Shown piece by piece: positions 29,856 through 35,102 of a DNA stretch of 35,102 nucleotides (positions are counted from its first letter, which is position 1; each line of letters begins with the position of its first letter). The position numbers were made by a program, and so were the translations under genes. The notes under the pieces were generated by a model, which was not told the DNA's origin, ran no database searches, and worked only from the letters and a program-made list of their open reading frames with translations. The stretch is from Nemertoderma westbladi. Taxonomy: Eukaryota > Animalia > Xenacoelomorpha. The DNA lies in NCBI GenBank assembly GCA_032718475.1, contig JAUCBJ010003963.1, forward strand, positions 1 through 35,102, given 5' to 3'.

Positions 29856-30192
29856 TACTACTACTATGGTACTACTAGGTCGACCGAACTCGGACAGTGG
29901 AAGTGAGATTCTTCCAGGCTTCCCGATTCTCCATAGTTGTCGCAATTTCGTTTCTCTCAAGTTCAGTATCCCTTTCGAGCTGGTCTATATATGTTATAGA
30001 CGGTCGTCCACGGGTACGCTTTCCATATGTTGATTGGCAGAAAAGTAGATTTGGTATGCCCTCGTTTCTACTTCTCCAGCAGTGCCCACCTAATCTTAAT
30101 CTGCGTTCACGGAGGGTGGTTGATACAGGTGGTATAGTACCATAGCGCTCGGCGTTTTTCAAGTGTTGTCTCCAGCTGATGTTTAGGGCTGA
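29856..30192 (-). mobile_element. 5'-truncated RTE-like LINE 3' end
   Basis: ALNISWRQH...RERRLRLGGHCWR...GKRTRGRPSITYIDQL...MENREAWK is a typical RTE-group C-terminus, followed by a short (TAG)n tail. Confidence 0.8.
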
Positions 30193-30299
30193 TACTGATA
30201 GTTACTTAATTAAAAAATCAGGTTTACTTACTTATTACTGTAATTTGGTATGCCGAGGATTTTTACGCAGGTAATTAATTGTTGTCTTAACTGTTACAG

Positions 30300-30855
30300 C
30301 TTGGTACAACGGCACCCCGTGGACTACCACCAGAGCCCCCGGGGGAACCAACAGCCAATGGCGGGCCTCCCCCGTACGCCAATGGTCCTCCCCCAGCCTA
30401 CCAGCAGCAGCAAACCACCTACAACAACAGCCAATACGGTGTACACCAGACACCTTATCAGTACCCAACACAACCCGGTGCAGTGTCCTACCCAGCTCCA
30501 GGTGTGGTACCATACCCACCGCAAGGCGGTGCACAGTATCCCCCACAAAGTGGTGCACCATACCCACCACAAGGCGTGGCACAGTATCCCACACAAGGCG
30601 TGGCACCGTACCTACCACAAGGCGTGGCGCAGTATCCACCACAAGGCGTGGCACCGTATCCACCACAAGGCGTGGCACCGTATCCAACAACACAAGGCGT
30701 GGCACCGTATCCAACAACACAAGGCGTAGTACCATATCCACCACAAAGTGCTGCACCGTATCCCGCACCCAGCGTAGCACAGTATCCAACACAAGGCTGT
30801 GCACCGTATTCCACAAATTTTCCTTCAACTAACCCCAGTGCACCAGACCTACCAG
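30300..30855 (+). CDS. WBP2: WBP2-like proline-rich exon with PY motifs and YPPQGVA[P/Q] repeats
   Basis: Acceptor tgttacag|CTT (phase 0). Reads LGTTAPRG...GPPPYANGPPPAY...; donor CCAG|gtaaat (phase 1). Confidence 0.85.
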
Positions 30856-30865
30856 GTAAATTATA

Positions 30866-33154
30866 CGGCCCAAACTCACAAAAAGTGGCCAAAAACGTTT
30901 CCCACACGATTCGACTTAATTTTAGAATGATATTTTTTTGTAACCTAGTAAAGTTATATCTATTTTTGAAGATAATTTTATGGTTCAACAGATGCACAAA
31001 AAATCATACTGCCACTCAGATCTTAAAAGATTAAAAGATTTTACAGACCTTTTAGTACTAAAAAATGCAGGTTTTTCAATTGTCCAAAAAAGTTCATTGT
31101 ATTCTGGGGGATGTATTTTGACATCTACTGGGTGTATTTCAACAAGTTATAGCTCATTTTAAAGCTAAATAATAGAGGAATGCAATGGAATAACTTCCAA
31201 ATTGTTTTATCGATATCATATTTAAATACAACAATAGATAATATACCCCTATTTTTGACAATTACTTGTCCCAAACGGTAACACCTGAATTCACCAAAAG
31301 GTTTTTATTGGGATTCTATAAACTAAATTCTTATTTGAAAGGAAAATCTTCAAGAAGTGGAATGTTCCAGATTTTACGAAAAAATACTAAACACAACCGG
31401 AGATATGGCCGGTTTTATACGTGCGAGTCGGTTATGTCAATTAGGATTGTCCCATGTGTAACGCAAAGTGCATTGCTTTACCATGTTCTAGAATCAGTTC
31501 TAACAAACGTGATATGAAGATTCTAATATCAGCAGATAGCCCAGATATTGGTCTTTTTCGTGAGTAATCATTTGTGGCAACAATTGACTGTGGAATAGAC
31601 TTTAGTTGCTTTTACATTTATCAGCATGAGCTTTGTCCCACCTGTAACAAAAGCATGTAACACAAAAAATCGTTACAGGGCGGGACATCCCACATGTAAC
31701 ATGTAAATCGCATAAGTTTGGGCTACAGAGTAGGACATGTCTCACCTGTAACACTTCAGTAAAACCGCAATAGGTCTATTAATTGTATTTATATTTAATG
31801 AAATTGCTAAGGCTAAGAATAAGAAAATCCGTTATATTTGGAAATGTCCACAAGATTATATATAACCAGGGTGGCGATATCTATATGATAAATATTTCTT
31901 GTAAGAATATTCTGCATCGAGCATGGCGTAGCAGTCCATGTGTCTCAGGCGGAAGGTGTCATTGAAACTTTGAAAGTGAAACTATTGGAGACGATGAATC
32001 AGATGGAATACTGGACGCTGATGATGTAAGGAAGGGAGAAGTGAGAGATATCGGTGGAGGTGGCGAGGCAGGGAATAGCGGTATAAGTTGAAGATGAGGT
32101 GTTAGAGGTGGGCGCGCAGAATGTTAGAGTTGTGAGGGAAGCAGTTGGAGGTCAGAGTGGAAAATGTAGAGGTGCAAGGGGAGCAATCGGAGGAGCGAGG
32201 GGAATAGTTCTGCGTGCGAGAGGAGAAGCGAGTGGAGACGGAGTGGGAAGTACAGGAGGATCTGTGGAGGGTGTGGGAGACGGAGTGGGAAGTTCAGGAG
32301 GATCTGTGGAGGGTGTGGGAGACGGAGTGGGAAGTACAAGAGGATCTGTGGAGGGTGTGGGAGACGGGGTGGAAAGTACAGGAGGATCTGCGGAGGGTGT
32401 GGGAGACGGAGTGGGAAGTACAGGAGGATCTGTGGAGGGTGTGGGAGACGGAGTGGGAAGTATGGGAGGATCTGTGGAGGGTGTGGGAGACGGAGTGGGA
32501 AGTACAGGAGGATCTGTGGAAGGTGTGGGAGACGGAGTGGGAAGTACAGGAGGATCTGTGGAGGGTGTGGGAGACGGAGTGGGAAGTACAGGACAGGTGG
32601 ATCTGTTGAGGGTGTGGGGGACAGAGTGGAAAGTACAGGAGGATCTGTAAAGGGTGGGAAAAATGGAGTGGGAAGTACATGAGGATCTGTGGAGGGTGTG
32701 GGAGACGGAGTGGGAAGTTCAGGAGGATCTGTGGAGGGTGTGGGAGACGGAATGGGAAGTACAGGAGGATCTGTGGAGGGTGTGGGGGACAGAGTGGAAA
32801 GTACAGGAGGATCTGTAAAGGGTGGGAAAAATGGAGTGGGAAGTACAGGAGGATCTGTAGAGGGTGGGAAAAATGGAGTGGGAAGTATGGGAGGATCTGT
32901 AGAGGGTGGAGATGAAACCGATGAACAATTTACAGGTTTTGACTAACTGCTCTGCTATAGTGATATATAACAGTTATAAACTTAATAGTAAACAGAAAGT
33001 TACCAGGAGGTCGGGGCTATTTGGAAATTACCACCATTGAATTCAGCGCATCAAGAGCTTTCTGGTGAAATATAATATTACATACTGTGGGAAACTTTTT
33101 TTTTTTTTACAAAAAAAATGAATTTTTTTGGCCACTTTTTGTGAGTTTGAGCCA
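30866..33154. mobile_element. TA-flanked non-autonomous TIR element (Tc1/mariner-like TSD) in the last WBP2 intron
   Basis: ta|CGGCCCAAACTCACAAAAAGTGGCCAAAAA ... TTTTTGGCCACTTTTTGTGAGTTTGAGCCA|ta, plus the inner match TTTCCCACA/TGTGGGAAA. Confidence 0.75.
32232..32910. repeat. 42-bp G-rich minisatellite (~16 units)
   Basis: Unit GTGGGAGACGGAGTGGGAAGTACAGGAGGATCTGTGGAGGGT. Confidence 0.97.
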
Positions 33155-33249
33155 TACTTATGCAATGTTATTATTTAAATAGTCACTTTTTCGAGTAAGC
33201 GGACCAAAGCTCTTTTCTTTTTGTTGGTTATGATTGGCTGAATTTTACT

Positions 33250-33941
33250 AGGACTCAAAGAACAGTTATCCAGACAGGTAATCCAGACGGGAGACCCCGG
33301 GACAGTTAGCCTCCGGACAGTAGCTACCCGGACAGGAAACCCGCCAGACAGGAGCCCCCTGACAATTAGCCCCAAGGATGATAACTAACCAATAACGATT
33401 ACTTATTACTATAATTACTATTGATTTTTTTTATTTCACTGAAATTCTACAATTCTTCAGTTTGTTTGTTCAATACGCTTAATGATTTGTATGAAAACAA
33501 AATTAAACGACGCGGTACGGTTATTGCAAATTCCGCACATTTCTAACTTATTTAATTTTTTTTTATTTCGTTCATGATCGGCCGTTATTATCTCAGCTAT
33601 GTAACGGGCTTCTGTCCTGGGGCTAAATTGTCCGGGTCCGGTAAAATTTTTGTTCTAGAACAAAAAATAGCACTAGCTAATTTGTTAATTTTTTTAATTT
33701 TTATTGTATGTTTGTTATCTTTGTATAAATTTTTAAGCTAGTTTTTGTTTCCTTTTTTTTAATGTTCTACAACATATTATCTATTCATTTAATATATAAA
33801 TTATTTCGTTCTAGAACGAATATTTTAAGATCATTTTATTATAACAAAAAATTGGTATAAATGGCACGGCAAAGTGTAAGAGTCCCCTGTCCGGTTGCTA
33901 TTGTCCGAGGCTACTGTCCGGGGGACTACTGTCCTACAACC
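33250..33941. mobile_element. Degenerate non-autonomous DNA transposon with inverted subterminal GGACAG...CC motif arrays
   Basis: (G/A)GACAG motifs at ~33270-33375 are mirrored by (C/T)TGTCC motifs at ~33610-33640 and ~33885-33935. Ends not resolved. Confidence 0.5.
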
Positions 33942-34184
33942 GTGTAGATTACAAACTACTTTTTAAATTTTTACCTAATAACGGATTAAAAGCAAATAAA
34001 TGGGACCAAAATTTGTTATTAATATTTCTATTTAAAATTTTTGTTTTTTGGTATTGTTTTGGGCTGGGCTGGGGTGACACCATTTAATAAAAATTGTTTT
34101 TTTATATTTTTTGACAATTTCTTTAACTTTCTCTGGCTTTAATTAATTAGTAGCCAATGTAATGTTTAATATAATATGTTGCAG

Positions 34185-34312
34185 TAGACGATAGATATGG
34201 TTACCATAACAACCAATCGCAAGGCTACATGGATCCTAACAACCAACACAATGTCCATCTCCCCAGTGCCCCACCCCCATCCTACGACGATGTTACCAAA
34301 AAGAACCAATGA
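34185..34312 (+). CDS. WBP2: WBP2-like terminal coding exon
   Basis: The phase-1 join gives VDDRYGYHNNQSQGYMDPNNQHNVHLPSAPPPSYDDVTKKNQ*, matching the WBP2 C-terminus (AYYNPGNPHNVYMP...PPPY...KKTQ). Tandem acceptor CAGTAG. Confidence 0.85.
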
Positions 34313-34791
34313 AACATCGCGCTGCAATCCAATTCCATTATTTATTAATCGAACTAAAACTATTGTATAATTTATGTAATTATTTATTTACATATTAATA
34401 ATGAATATTGGATTTAAACTATCAGTACTAATATTATAAAGAACGTCAATATGTTAACTTGTAAAAATGTAATAACTTATACTGTGTGAACTCCAGTAGT
34501 TTCCCATAGGGTCTGCTGAAATTACCAACTTTGTTTTCAATGTGAATTTATATTGCTAAATAGTTTTGGTGCATTTTGTGCTCTGCTTACTGTTGGCATT
34601 TTGAAATATGAAATACAGTAATTTTGTATTCCCGTTATTAGACTTTTCAGTAATAGCTTTTTCACACTATTTAACATACTAAGGTTCGACGACATGTGTC
34701 TTGTTGGTATCAACCTTGATCCAATCTATACAGTAATGGGGAGTCCTCCAGAGTAACACAATAGCAACCTGGGGCATTTTTATTCGTAATT

Positions 34792-35078
34792 GCAGATAGG
34801 GGGGGGGGGGGGGGGGGGGGGGACTGGACGCAATAAAAATTAATTCCTCTCCTGGGGAAATTGAACGTAAATAACAGCTGATTACTCTCAAAAATAAAAC
34901 TAACCTGTACTATTGTGTTAAGTTTATTGTTTTGGTTAAAATAACGTGCCACTGTAACCTGCTCCTTTCCCTAAATTGAGAATTTAACATTAAGGCGAGA
35001 TATTAATTCGCCAAGATGGGATTTGCGTCCAGTCCCCCCACCCCCCCCCCCCCCCCCCCCCCCTGGGGGTTATCTTGC
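34792..35078. repeat. Small inverted-repeat element with poly-G and poly-C arms
   Basis: GCAGATA-(G)n-ACTGGACGCAA ... TTGCGTCCAGT-(C)n-...TATCTTGC. Confidence 0.65.
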
Positions 35079-35102
35079 TTGTCTTATCCAACTATCGCAG
35101 GC

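Larger units (their letters stand above)
2879..30299 (+). other. WBP2: ~27.4-kb GT-AG intron of the WBP2-like gene
   Basis: The phase-0 join gives ...EFGTKMMK|LGTTAPRG..., colinear with WBP2 EFGQRMLQ-VASQASRG. No additional WBP2-like exon was recognised in between. Confidence 0.75.

Noticed and set aside
11883-30997. Numerous short or antisense ORFs in the ORF track (for example 11883-12260, 17490-18224, 24052-24558, 25927-28759, 30235-30997)
   Set aside because: Shadows of repeats or of longer coding frames, with no recognisable motifs.
32099-32946. Gly-rich or Glu/Trp-rich ORFs as genes
   Set aside because: Artefacts of a stop-poor 42-bp repeat inside an intronic TIR element.

Overview
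Invertebrate metazoan genomic DNA, not prokaryotic. The window holds the 3' part of a WBP2-like gene on the + strand (exons 2654-2878, 30300-30855 and 34185-34312). Its ~27.4-kb intron contains nested DNA transposons (a hAT-type shell around a MITE and an internally deleted Sola1), an antisense MAD2 gene with no intron in its coding region, and a 13-bp minisatellite. Two retrotransposons interrupt the minisatellite: a 13.2-kb BEL/Pao LTR element and an intact CRE-clade (RLE-type) non-LTR element. The BEL element is the most unusual object. (1) It has no tRNA-type PBS; instead a 13-nt site 2 nt after the LTR is perfectly complementary to its own LTR, suggesting self-priming. (2) Its LTR carries a ~970-nt array of covarying RNA hairpins (k-turn/UUCG and loop-E/GAAA) closed by a long-range helix. 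(3) The loop-E hairpin recurs inside gag and inside an accessory ORF. (4) It has a 63-aa uORF overlapping the gag start. (5) In place of env it encodes a DEDDy-type 3'-5' exonuclease and a CCHC-knuckle/Arg-rich protein. All assignments were made by eye; no searches or folding computations were run.
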